Under the pieces are notes generated by a model. That model did no database searches and was not told the DNA's origin. It saw nothing but the letters and a program-made list of their open reading frames with translations. DNA of 64,000 nucleotides from Rebecca billardiae RCC1528. Its lineage: Eukaryota; Protista; Haptophyta. The DNA lies in the NCBI GenBank assembly GCA_965240325.2, contig OZ251227.1, positions 434,001 to 498,000 of the forward strand, in the 5' to 3' direction. Of the stretch, positions 1 to 11,000 are shown piece after piece; the first letter of the stretch is position 1, and each line of letters starts with the position of its first letter. The position numbers and the translations under genes were made by a program.

Positions 1-1224
1 CAAGGCGCGCGCAGCGTGAACAAACGTCCCACGAGCGACGCCGAGGGGCCCGCGAAGGAGTACTTGCGTGCGACGGACCGTGACTCGTGAGCCGAGGGCG
101 CCAGCCGCGCCAGGGCATCCTCGCCCGCGCCCCCCCACGCCATCTGCACAGGCAGGACCGCATGCCCACAGGCTGCGCAGCCGGCGGACGACGCGGTATT
201 CTAGCAGAACGCGAATATATGTATATATGTATATACATATATACATATATATATACTATATAGTTATGGCCCGCGGTGCAGGGCGGAGCGCGCAGCGTGG
301 AGCCCGCACCAGCGGGCCCGAACAACGTTTCAAAAAGATCTTTGTTCAAGAAAAAAGGGACGGGGGACGATTTTCATGGCTGGAGGAGACCGAGTTTCGA
401 ATTTTGAGACCCTCTCTAACATGCATCACGGCCGAAAAAGGTCGCGCCCACGGCAAGTTCATAGTAAAGCGTGGAGTGACGCCCGTCCAAAAAACTTCAC
501 GCCCTTTAGGATCCCTAACGTAACGAACCGTTACAAGCGATTTTTCCGGCCAATGAGATTGCAGCAAGGTCCAAGGAGCGATGACGTATCTAGATAGAGA
601 TTGCCGCGAACCGATGTGACCATGTACGTCCCTTGAATCAGTTGAATCAACTATTCAATCGCGCCGTGTCTGTATCAGGAGCCGACGAGGCAAGGGTCAG
701 TAGCGACAGTAGCCGATGGGCCAACCTCGGCGAATCTCAATACTATCTGACACCGGAGCGGGAGCCGGGGCGCCGGCGGGCCCGCGTTTTCTACGCCACG
801 GCTGCGGCGAGACCGCGAGAGGATGAGGCGAGCTGACGAGCGACCGACGGGTGAGGACGGCGATGGGCAGGTGCGCGCGGCGAGTTGCGCCTGGAGCGCG
901 CGGCTGCGGCGGGTCCCGACTGCCGTCGACATCGCGTTCGTGCCCCCGCTCACTCCGCGCGCCCCCGCCGCCCCGTGTCGATGCCTGCGCGCGGCCGCGC
1001 GCCGGTCGGCGCCGCGGCGCCCCGGCCGCGCCGCGGCAGCCGCCCTGTATTCGGGCTCTCGCAAGCTCGGGGGCAGCGGCGCCTGATGCCGGACTGATCG
1101 ATCTCTGAGTCTTCGACTTCACCACGCGCCGCCCTTGCCATGCCTTTCCGGGGAGCGCCGACGATCCGAGTCCATCGTCGACCGGTCGACTCTGAGCGAG
1201 GGCTACGCCTCGGAACTGAACGGT

Positions 1225-1710
1225 ACTCTACGAGGAGGACGAGCTGCGCGGGCGACGGTGGTGCGTGACGTCCCCAGAGCTGGCTGTGCCTCTGCAACGC
1301 GTGCCGAGCCTGATCGAGGTGTGTCAGCCCGTGCACGCGCGGCGTGCGCGAATGATCTGTGACTGGTGCCCAGTCGCACCTCCGACCTCGGCACCGTGCT
1401 CCCTCGGGCTGTCAGCTCCGCGTGGCCTGGCGTGCACGTCGAGTTGCGCTCATGCGTCGATCACGCCTCGCGCCCGCCTGTCGGCCGTCGCGCAGGCGCT
1501 GGTCGAACCCTACTCGGACCAGTGCAAATCACCTAACTATCCTGGCGCTGCCGCGGTGCGCGGTGACCCGCGGCGGGACAGCGGTCAGTCAGCAGCAGCG
1601 GCCCGAACGAATCCGCGGCCCCGCACCGTGCTCCCTGGCTGTCAGCTTCGCGTGGCCTGGCGTGCACGTGGAGTCGCGCTCATGCGTCGATCACGCCTCG
1701 TCGCATCCGC
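1225..1710 (+). pseudogene. Probable decayed intron-containing gene fragment
   Basis: Exon-like LYEEDELRGRRWCVTSPELAVPLQRVPSLIE, then a GT..GCAG intron (1319-1495), exon ALVEPYSDQCKSPNYPGAAA and a second GTGCGC donor at ~1556. There is an in-frame TGA upstream and no credible start or end. Confidence 0.3.
1391..1704 (+). repeat. ~80-bp direct repeat (1391-1473 and 1623-1704)
   Basis: gcaccgtgctccct(c)gg(g)ctgtcagct(c/t)cgcgtggcctggcgtgcacgt(c/g)gagt(t/c)gcgctcatgcgtcgatcacgcctcg occurs twice with few differences. Confidence 0.9.
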
Positions 1711-2094
1711 CTGTACACAATCGGCGCCGCGCCGGCGGCTGCGAAGTGCGCCGATGGGCCCGCGCCCCGGGCGCGGCGGGCGGCGGCGCGCCGCTGGAGT
1801 CTAGTTGTACGGGCATGCAACTCCGGGTCTGTCAATAGACGACTGCGATGGAGGGTGCACCGCCACCGCGGGCCCTGAACTACGTTCGTTCTACGGAAAA
1901 GGACCGCGGAACGCGGTCATATCGGAGATTCGGAGCCACCCAACGGTTACTACTCCTAGCTATATAGGCCGCCGGTGTCAATAGTAGTTAGATAGTAGTG
2001 CGCTCAGCCAGCAACACAGTGCCATGATGCGCGCGTGAGCGCAGTCCAGGACTCATCAGCAGCAGCGCAGCGCATGCAGTGCTCATCATCGTCA

Positions 2095-3835
2095 TCATCG
2101 CTCGCTGTAGACTGTGCGCTGCCGGTCCCGCGTCTGCCGCTGTCTGCGATTCTGCTTGCTCCGGATGACCTTGGTGTCGTACTTGCTTGGGGGTCTGTGA
2201 CCGCGGCCGCTGTCGGATTCATCGACGCGCAGCCCGGGCGTACCCCAGAGGCCCAATTTGTCCACCGTGTGCGCGTGCAGCACGGGCGGGTGGCGCAGCC
2301 TGCAGCACGCGCAGGCGCGCGGGCGCGCATCGGCCCAGGGCGCATCGTCACATGCCACGCGCGTGGCGACTGCGCGCGGCCGCAGGCGGCGTCTGGACGC
2401 GCGCGCGCGCGGGTGCGCACCCGATACTCGAGGCGAACTCGTTCGCCCTCGCCACCAGGTTCTCTGGGCTCAAGCTGAGCTGGCGAGCGCGCCACAGGTG
2501 GACGTAGTAGCGGAGCCACGCGCGGTACGCCAGCGTGCCGCCGTCGTACGCGTACGGCCCCGAGACTGACGCGGCGACGTTGCCCACGCGCTCGAGGGCG
2601 CGCGAGAGCGCGGGCGGCGTCTCGTCCGTGGGCGGCACGCCGCCGTGCGCCGCCCAGTCCTTGAGCGGCAGGCCGGGGAGATGCTCGAGGAAGGAGCGCT
2701 CGAAGTCGCAGAGCAGCAGCAGCCCGATGCCGCCCTCGTCCATGCGCCCCAGCCGGCTCATGTACATCTCGCGCGACGGCGCGCAGCCCAGCTGCAGCAC
2801 GCAGCTGACGCCCGGATAGCGCAGCCCGCGCGACGTGAGGTCGGAGCTGAAGAGCACGCCGTTGGGCGCGTCGTGGAACTGGGCGGCGGTGTGGTCTCGC
2901 ACGGCCTGGTCCAGCCGCGAGTGCAGGGTGCGCACGTCCATCCCCGCGTTCCTGAACACCGTCGCGAGCAGGTGGGTGGCGTGCGTCGTCGGGATGAAGA
3001 CGATCACCTTGGCGTCGGGCGCGCGCGTGAGCTCAGTGAGCGCCGCCCAGAGGGTGGGCAGCAGCTGCGCCATGGTGCACTGCAGCGCGTACTGCTCGGG
3101 CAGGGCCGCGCCGTGCCGCTTGGCGCTCGCGCAGTTGATGCGCCGGTGCTCCGGGGACGGGCGCATCATGCGCATCGCCAGCGTCTCCACGCGCTCCGGC
3201 AGCGTCGTCGCGAGCATCATCGTCTGCCGCTTGCGCCGCGGCGGCATCATCGAGACAATCTCATCGGCCGCGCGCGCAAAGTCAGGGTCGCTGAACAGCT
3301 CGTCGGCCTGGTCGAAGACGAGGACGCGGAGCGCGCTGAACCGGTGCATGAAGCCAGGCGTCTTGTGCAGGTGCTTCACCAGCCGGCCTGGCGTCGTGAT
3401 CAGCACGGGCGGCAGGCCGATCATTCGCACCAGACTCATCTCGTATTCGAGGCTGCTCGCGTCGCCGCCCTTCATCGCCAGCACGCCGAGCGGCGTGCTG
3501 GAGAAGCAGGTGAGCAGCTGCGCCGAGCGCGAGATCTGCGCGCTGAGCTCTCGCGCCGGGATCACCACGAGGAGCGCCACCTGGCCTGCCGGCACCGCGC
3601 CCATCCGCCTGATGCGCTCGAGCGCGGGCACGAGGTAGGCGAGCGTCTTGCCAGCGCCCGCGTCCGCGCGCGCCAGCACGTCCGAGCCGTCGAGCGCGGC
3701 GGTGATCACCACCTCCTGCACCGGGCTGCAAAACTCGTAGCCGAAGCCCTCCGACATCGCGCGCTGCGTCTCTGGCAGCAGCGGGAGCGACGCGAAGCGC
3801 GTGCTCGACAACGGCGTTGTGTGTGCCAATCGCAT
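2095..3835 (-). CDS. DEAD-box RNA helicase of Mss116/plant RH25-26-31 type with degenerate catalytic motifs; intron 2300-2420
   Basis: Q motif GYEFCSPVQ, motif I GAGKT, Ia PARELSAQ, Ib TPGRL, II DQAD, V SRGL. The spliced C-terminus ANEFASSIGLRHPPVLHAHTVDKLGLWGTPGLR matches this subfamily's C-terminal extension. ATG at 3835. Confidence 0.85.
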
Positions 3836-4049
3836 GCGTGCCGGGCCAAGTGCCAAGTGATGGTGTGGCCCCTCGGCGACCTGCGCCGGGCCCAGTCTCA
3901 GGCACAGCCGTCTTGCCGCCCATCTCGCGCAGCCCAGCGCAACACCACTCGTGATGGCAGCCGCACGCGCGGCCGTCATGGCGACACGGGTGGCGCGTGC
4001 GGCTCCGCCAGGGCGCTGCCACCGCCCACCGGTGGCCACGACGTGCACG

Positions 4050-6170
4050 ATGGCGACGGCGGCGGAGTCCCTGCGCACGCAGCTCGCTAGCGCCGAGCGC
4101 GAGCTGGAGGAGCGCCTCGCGGCGTACCACGACGCGAGGGAGCGGCGGGACCGCATCAAGGCGGAGCTCGCCGAGACCCTCCGCGAGCACCGCGCCGCAC
4201 AAGCCGCCGTGGACTGGTCTGCGCGTGAGGCCTTCCCGTGGACGGCCGCGATCGAACGCGCGCTGCGCGACGTGTTCCACATCCCGACGTTCAGGCCGCT
4301 GCAGCGCGAGGCGATCAACGCGGTGCTCTCCGGGCGGGATGTCATGGCGCTCATGCCCACCGGCGGCGGCAAGTCCCTCCTCTTCCAGCTCCCGGCGACG
4401 CTCGGCGGCCTGACGCTCGTCGTGTCTCCGCTGGTCGCGCTCATGCATGACCAGGTGGAGCAGCTGCAGGAGCGCGGCATCCGCGCGGCGCTGCTCACGC
4501 AGCAGACGCCGAAGGAGGCGCAGCGCGAGCTCCTCGCCGCCATCGCCGACGCCCAGCACCCGCTCGCGCTGCTGTACGTCACGCCCGAGCGCGTCGCGCA
4601 GTCGAAGCAGCTGATGGGGCGCCTGGAGAAGGCGGCCAAGCCGCAGCCGGCGGACGGCGCGGCGCGGCTGCGGCGCATCGTGGTGGACGAGTGCCACTGC
4701 ATCTCGCAGTGGGGGCACGACTGGCGGCGCGACTACCTCAAGCTCGGCGTGCTCCGCCAGCAGCTGCGCGGCGTGCCCATCATCGCGCTCACGGCGACCG
4801 CGACCGCGCGCGTGCGGCGCGACGTGAGCGCATCGCTGGGGATCGAGGGTTGCGAGCTGTTCCGCGCGTCGGTGGACCGGCCCAACCTGCGATTCGGCGT
4901 GCTGCCCAAGCCGGACGCGGTGGCGGACGCGTCGCGCCTCGTGATCGAGCTCGTGCAGACCCGCTTCCCCGCGCAGCGCGGCATCATCTACGCGTTCAGC
5001 AAGCGCGAGGCCGAGGCGCTCACGGACGCGCTCGTCGGCGCGGGCGTGCGCGCGCAGCTCTACCACGCGGACCTGACCATGTACGACGCGGACGGGGTGA
5101 GCGGCCGGATGGACGTGCACGCGCGGTGGCACGACGGGCGCACGCACGTCGTCGTCGCCACGTGCGCCTTCGGCATGGGCATCAACCAGCTGCACGTGCG
5201 CTTCGTGCTGCACCACACGCTCGCGCGCTCGCTCAGCGCGCTCTACCAGGAGGCGGGGCGCGCGGGCCGCGACGGCGCGCCCGCGGCGTGCCTCACGCTG
5301 TACCGCCCGGCGGACGTGGTGCGCGTGTGCACGTTCGGCGTGGGCGGCGGCAAGCGCGCCGACGCCGTGGACGAGGAGGTGCTCGGCGTCGTCTCGTTCT
5401 GCGAGCAGCTGCTCGGCAGGCCGGAGGCGGACGAGGAGGGCGGCGCGTGGCCGCTCGCGCGCGCGCTGCTGCTGTGCCACTTCGGCGAGGGGCCGGCGGC
5501 GGAGGCGGTGGCGGGGCCCGCCGACGACGGCGGCGGCGCTGCCCGCGGCGCGATCGACCTGACGAGCGACGGCGCTCCCGCCGCCACCCGCGACCCGCCG
5601 CGGAGCTCCCCGGGCACCGACCTCGCGCCGGACGCTCGCGTCGTCCTGGGCATCGTGCGCGCGCTGGGCGCGTGTGAGAGGCGGCTCACGCTCGCACAGC
5701 TCGAGGCGTGCTGGAAGGGGGTGGGGCGCAAGGCGGAGTGGGGCCTCGCGGAGGTTGGGCGCGCCGACCCGGCGCTGAGCAAGCTCGAGCGCGAGCGCAG
5801 GCTGATGCACATGCTGCTCGGCCGCGTGCTGAGCCTCGAGTACAGCTTCAACGCGTACGCCGTGAACGGCTACGTCGTGAAGGGGCCGCGCGCGGAGGAG
5901 GTGGCGTCCGGGCGGGTGCCTCTGCTCGCGCGGCTCGAGCCGCTGACGGCCGACGCTCGCGCGGCCGCGCGCGCAGTTCCGAAGCGGGTGGGCAGCGGCG
6001 GCCCTGCGAGGCGCGGCGCCGGCAGCAAGGACCGAGCTGCTGGACCCGATGTCGGCGCGCAGGAGTCAGACGACCCTGACGATGACTTTGAGGAGGTGAC
6101 GCCGGGCCCACGCGCAGCGAAGAGAGCGAAAACGAGGCTGCCCACGGGCACACCGTCGGCGGAGGAGTAG
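4050..6170 (+). CDS. RECQL: ATP-dependent DNA helicase RecQ, RECQ1-like
   Basis: N-terminal coiled coil, WxxxxFPW, FRPLQREAI, MPTGGGKS, VDECHCISQWGHDWR, ALTATA, AFGMGIN, YQEAGRAGRDG and a winged-helix hairpin EYSFNAYAVNGY. No HRDC domain. Confidence 0.92.
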   Translation: MATAAESLRTQLASAERELEERLAAYHDARERRDRIKAELAETLREHRAAQAAVDWSAREAFPWTAAIERALRDVFHIPTFRPLQREAINAVLSGRDVMALMPTGGGKSLLFQLPATLGGLTLVVSPLVALMHDQVEQLQERGIRAALLTQQTPKEAQRELLAAIADAQHPLALLYVTPERVAQSKQLMGRLEKAAKPQPADGAARLRRIVVDECHCISQWGHDWRRDYLKLGVLRQQLRGVPIIALTATATARVRRDVSASLGIEGCELFRASVDRPNLRFGVLPKPDAVADASRLVIELVQTRFPAQRGIIYAFSKREAEALTDALVGAGVRAQLYHADLTMYDADGVSGRMDVHARWHDGRTHVVVATCAFGMGINQLHVRFVLHHTLARSLSALYQEAGRAGRDGAPAACLTLYRPADVVRVCTFGVGGGKRADAVDEEVLGVVSFCEQLLGRPEADEEGGAWPLARALLLCHFGEGPAAEAVAGPADDGGGAARGAIDLTSDGAPAATRDPPRSSPGTDLAPDARVVLGIVRALGACERRLTLAQLEACWKGVGRKAEWGLAEVGRADPALSKLERERRLMHMLLGRVLSLEYSFNAYAVNGYVVKGPRAEEVASGRVPLLARLEPLTADARAAARAVPKRVGSGGPARRGAGSKDRAAGPDVGAQESDDPDDDFEEVTPGPRAAKRAKTRLPTGTPSAEE

Positions 6171-6322
6171 TTCATCAACTCTTCGTACTCGTCAACGCTC
6201 TGGTGTCACAAGGGCCTCCCTTCAACAGCTGGCCGATGACGAGGCCGCGAGGCGCTCCCGCGCTCGTCGTCGCAGTGGTCATGAGGCATTCTACGTGCAT
6301 GTACAAACAATAGTATGGGGGA

Positions 6323-6350
6323 GTACTGTATGGATATATCCATACAGTAC
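6323..6350. repeat. Perfect 28-bp palindrome
   Basis: gtactgtatggatatatccatacagtac is its own reverse complement. Confidence 0.95.
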
Positions 6351-6510
6351 GTTGTAACAATCATGCAATGTGCCAAGGGCCGTAAATGTATCACACCGGG
6401 CGCTGGGCGTCATTGGTGGCCTCGATCCCCCGGTCGCCATCGTTGGCGGCGAGCCACGGTTGCTGGCACGCGAGCGCATCACGAGCCCTCGCGCTCTCCA
6501 GCGCATCGCC

Positions 6511-7626
6511 ATGAAGATGAGCGGCTCTCCAATGCGCATGCCCAACCACGCCTCGCGCCCCGAGCGGCCCCCGAACTCGCCGATAGACACGAACGCGCCG
6601 CGGTTCTCAACTGCTGCTGCGACGCCGCATGTGAGCTCATGGAGCACAGACGATGTGGCACTGTGGCTGGCGAAGGAGCACGGGGTGGCAAAGGAAGTGG
6701 TTGACGCCGCCAAGCGGAACCGTGTGACTGGGCCGCTGCTCGCCGAGCTCGACGATGCGGCGTGGCTCGAGCTCGGGGTCGTCTCTGCGCTCAAGCGCGC
6801 CAAGCTGCGGCTTGGCGTTAGGGACGCCCTCGAGACGCCCGCGCCGCCGTCGAGCGCGATCGTGCACCGCATCCCGATCGTGAACGTCTTCTTCGACCTG
6901 CTGTTTGACGAGATGCCGCCGAAGCTCGACTCGGTCAAGAGCACACTCGACACGATCGCGCTGCTTTCCGCGCTCTTCCTCACGATCGCCATGGCCATCC
7001 CAGCCAGCGTCGACTACGACGAGCTGATGGCGGCCAGGGCGCGGTTCGACGCGGCGCCGTATAACGCGTGGGCGTCGGGCTCCGATCTCGTCGAGGCCTT
7101 CGCCCTATACTCCGCCCTCTCCACGTACATGCTCGGCTCGTCGCTGATCGCGACGGTGGTGACGCTCGTGTCTCTCATCGTGACGCAGGACGACGTGAGC
7201 GACCGCGTCGAGGTGCGGCAGCGCTTCTGGATCTTCGCGCGGTGGGGCGCGCTCTGGGCGATCCTCGCGCTCGTGCTTGGTGTCGTTGCGTGCTTCTTCG
7301 CCTTCAACCGGCTCATCTTCGTCAAGATCCCGGACATCGCCGTCGAGCGCGCGGGTGCGGCCGGCCTGCAGTCGCCGTCCTCTGTGATCAGCGGGTTCCG
7401 CACCCTCGCGTACGCCAGCCTGCTCGGCACGCTCATCTCCACGTTCATGCTGATGGGCTTGGGCAAGGGGCATGCGATAGCGTACCTCCTCGAGGAAGCG
7501 CGGGCGCCGCGCCCGGCGCGCTGGCCGTCTAACAAGATCATGTCCTGGGCAGCAGGTGCGTCGTCATCGCGGACGGACGACGTGGGTCAGCATGACGATG
7601 GGGATACCGCGGGGGCTGACGAGTGA
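6511..7626 (+). CDS. SAM-domain protein with a C-terminal ~4-TM membrane domain
   Basis: SAM signature WSTDDVALWL...NRVTGPLLAELDDAAWLELGV, followed by four hydrophobic helices (TIALLSALFLTIAMAI; LSTYMLGSSLIATVVTLVSLIV; ALWAILALVLGVVACFFAF; LAYASLLGTLISTFMLMGL). Start codon uncertain. Confidence 0.75.
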   Translation: MKMSGSPMRMPNHASRPERPPNSPIDTNAPRFSTAAATPHVSSWSTDDVALWLAKEHGVAKEVVDAAKRNRVTGPLLAELDDAAWLELGVVSALKRAKLRLGVRDALETPAPPSSAIVHRIPIVNVFFDLLFDEMPPKLDSVKSTLDTIALLSALFLTIAMAIPASVDYDELMAARARFDAAPYNAWASGSDLVEAFALYSALSTYMLGSSLIATVVTLVSLIVTQDDVSDRVEVRQRFWIFARWGALWAILALVLGVVACFFAFNRLIFVKIPDIAVERAGAAGLQSPSSVISGFRTLAYASLLGTLISTFMLMGLGKGHAIAYLLEEARAPRPARWPSNKIMSWAAGASSSRTDDVGQHDDGDTAGADE

Positions 7627-8048
7627 TGGCGCGGCATGTGCTTCGGCGAATCATGTCGGACTCACTGAAGTCTGGGGGCGGGGCTGGGCGCACTATTCGG
7701 CCAGGCTGCTGCTGACCGATCATCCTCCTTGTATGCCACACAGCCTCCTAGTGCGTCGCAGTTGTCGTTTGCCGCGGGCGCGATGTCCGGCAGCTTCAGT
7801 AACGGCAGACGGCGTGCGGGCGCGAGTTTATTATCGACTCCCTGGATCGACGATGCTTCGTCAACGGTCAGTCCGGGTGGTTCGTTCGGCTTCTGATGAC
7901 TGATGAGTGATGAGTCCGGCGACACAGCAGGAAATCTCCTCCGATCGCAGCAGCCGCAAAGGCGGAAGGCGCAGCTCTCCAGCGCAAGCCCAAAGCAGCC
8001 AACGCTTTCGCGGCCCCCGCGTTGGCATCTCTCGTCCGCTGCGCGGCA

Positions 8049-11000
8049 ATGTCGAACGACGCAGTCGTTGAAGACGTGGCCGCCGCGAGCACGGCAATGA
8101 CGGAGAAGGTGGCTGATTCGATGTCACGCCAGGAGGAGTGGATCTCGATGCAGCAGATGAAGCAGCTCGTGCGCGCGCGCGCGCGCGCGCGCGTCCGCCC
8201 GCGCGCGTGCACCTCGCGTGCTCATGGCTGCGCATGCTTCTGACCCCCCCCCCGCACCCGCCATCACCGCGGCGCAGGTGCGCGTGTGCTGCCTGGAGGT
8301 TATGGGCGCAGCCCCCGCGCAGCTCGAGCACTACAAGCAGGAGGTGCGCGAGCTGCAGTCTCTCGTGTCTGACTTCCGCAAGGAAGTGGCCGAGCTCAAG
8401 TCGATGCGCACAGCGGGCTCTGACGATGGGCTGAGCGCGGCGGACGCGGCGGGCGTGGACGGCGGCCGGGCGAGCCACCCACCCGCGGCGCCCTCCGCCG
8501 GCGCGGCCGAGGGCCCACCGCTCACGCTGGGCGGCGGCGCGCTGGGCGGCGGCGTGGCGGCCGCCGGCGCGGCCGCGGGCTCGGTGCAGCGCATTTACAT
8601 CGAGCTCGACGGCGCGCCGATCCAGTCGTGGTACGAGAACCGGCCGATGCCGCCGATCTCGGTGAAGCTCGTCGACGACAAGTCTCCGCCCTCCCTCTTC
8701 ACCGACGCGTCCGAGCTCACCCTGCGCATCTCGCTGTGCAACGGGCGCGGGCTGGCCGAGGAGCGCACGGCGAACGGCGCGCAGGACCTGCTGGTGGGCG
8801 AGCGCGAGGTGAAGGTGGTGGACGGGCGCGCGACGTTCCAGAACCTGCGCGTGATGGAGATCTCGCAGAAGCACTACGGCTCGTTCCAGCTCGCCATCGC
8901 CCCGGTCGGCGCGCCCGCCGGCCTGGCGATCCAGCCGCTGCGCACGAAGCAGTTTGTGGTGCAGGTCGGCCGGATGTGGAGCAAGCGGCGCAAGTCGGAG
9001 GACGAGCTGCAGCCGGACGACCCGATCTCGCAGATCCCGGGCGTGGGCAAGCAGTACGTCTCGCGGCTGCAGGTGCAGGGCATCACCGAGATCCGCCAGT
9101 TCGCGCAGCTCTGCTCCACCGAGGAGGGCAAGGCGATGCTGCAGCGCATGTTCAAGGGCGACAAGCTCAAGAACTCGCTCAACGACGCAAAGTTCAACCA
9201 GATGGTCGAGCAGGCGAACAAGGTGATGGTGCACGCGTCGGCGGAGGCGCTGGCGAGCCGCGCCGGCGGCGCCAAGCGCATCCGCACGCCCGCGGGCGCG
9301 CCCGCGCCGAGCGGCTACCCGCCGCAGCCGCCGCAGCCACAGCCACACCAGCCACACCAGCCGCCGCAGCCGCAGCCGCCGCCCGCGGGCTCGTCGATGA
9401 TGGCGCACCCGCCGATGCCGCCGGCGCACATGCTCGCGCAGTCGCAGTCGGCGGGCGCGGAGGCGCACGCCCAGCAGTCGCGCCCGCTCTACCCGCAGCA
9501 CCTGCCGCCCTACTTTGCGCGCGAGCAGCACGAGCACCCGGCCGCACCGCCCGGCGTCGGCATGACGAGCGGCCACGGCTCGCCCCACCAGCACGACCAG
9601 CACGACGACCACGGGCCAGCGCGCTCAGACGAGGCGTCGGGCGACTCGGGCGTGCACTCGGCCGGCTCGCCGCACTACGCGAGTGACCGGCACGACACGT
9701 CGGGCAGCGTGACCCCCGTGCACCGCGCCGAGCTCGCCACGCCGGCCGTGCGCCCGCACGCCGCCGTGCTCCCCGGCAGCGACCAGCTGTCGATGGACGA
9801 GATCATGACGCTGTTTGCTGAGGACGGCGGAGCGCACCACCGCGGCGCGATCGCGCTCGGCGGCGGCGGCGCGCCGCACGACGGCGCGGACGCGCCGCCC
9901 GTGTACCGCGGACGCGCGCCGCCCACGCTGCTGCCCGCCGGCTCGCGCGGCACGCCCGCGCCCATCCAGGTGCGCACGGCCGGCGGCGCGGACGGCTCGC
10001 TCGCCACGCCGCGCGAGGTGTCGATGGTCGGCTCGGACGACAGCGGCGCGCCGCCGCCGCCGCCGCCGCTCCCGCGCGGCCTCTCCACCGAGCAGATGCT
10101 CGCGGCCGCGTGCATCGGCGCGCCGCACGGCACGGCGGGCGCGTTCCCCTCCGGCACCGGCGACTCGGAGCTCGCCGGCGTCGGCCCGCTGCTCGACGCC
10201 TTCGACGTGGACAGCCTGACCATCGACGGCGCGCTCGACGCGACCGAGGGACCTCTCGTGCGCTCGGCCGCGGGCGGCGTGCGCGCGCCGTTCACGCCGG
10301 CGCCGGTCGAGGTGGGCGGCTCGGCCATCGTCGAGGCGGACGACACGGTGGGCACGCCGCCGTCCCGCCAGCCCATCTCCGTCGAGGCGCTCAAGAACAA
10401 GGTGGCGCAGCCCTCGCCGGGCGCGCGCCACGGCATGGCCGCCCTGCAGGAGCTGCTGCACGCGCTGCCCGCCGCGCCGGACAAGAGCGCGCGCGCCGCC
10501 GCGCAGCCCGAGCCGGCCGGCGCGCGCGCGCCGCGCGCCGCGCCGCGCGCCGCGCCGCACAGCGCGAGCTCCGAGGACACGTCCGTCGCGCCCAAGCCGG
10601 CCGGCGGCGCGCGGCCGTTCGCGCAGATGTCGGACGCGCACGTCGCCGCGTGGCACGGCGACCCCGAGGCGCTGCTCGCCGCGCTGCGCCGCTCGTCTGC
10701 CACGGACACGGAGCGCTCGGGCTGCACGGTGCTCGACGCGGCCGCGCTCGGCGGCGACGCGCAGTGCGTGGAGATCCTGCTCAAGCTGAGCGCGCGCGGC
10801 GGCGGCGGGGACGAGGCGGCGCGCGCGGCGCAGCCCGACGCGTCCAAGCAGCGCGCGGCCGAGCGCGCGAGCGGCGCGGCGCTGCTCCCGCCGCGCCCCA
10901 GGCTCGAGCGCGCCGGTTCCTCTGCGGGCGTGGGCGGGCTGCCGCTGCCGCCGCTGCACGTGTGCATCGCCTCCGGCCGGCGCTCGGCCGGGGTGGTGCG

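Noticed and set aside
3836-4702. N-terminal 289 aa of the 784-aa minus-strand ORF 2348-4702
   Set aside because: It is largely the antisense shadow of RECQ1. Helicase homology starts at the ATG at 3835.
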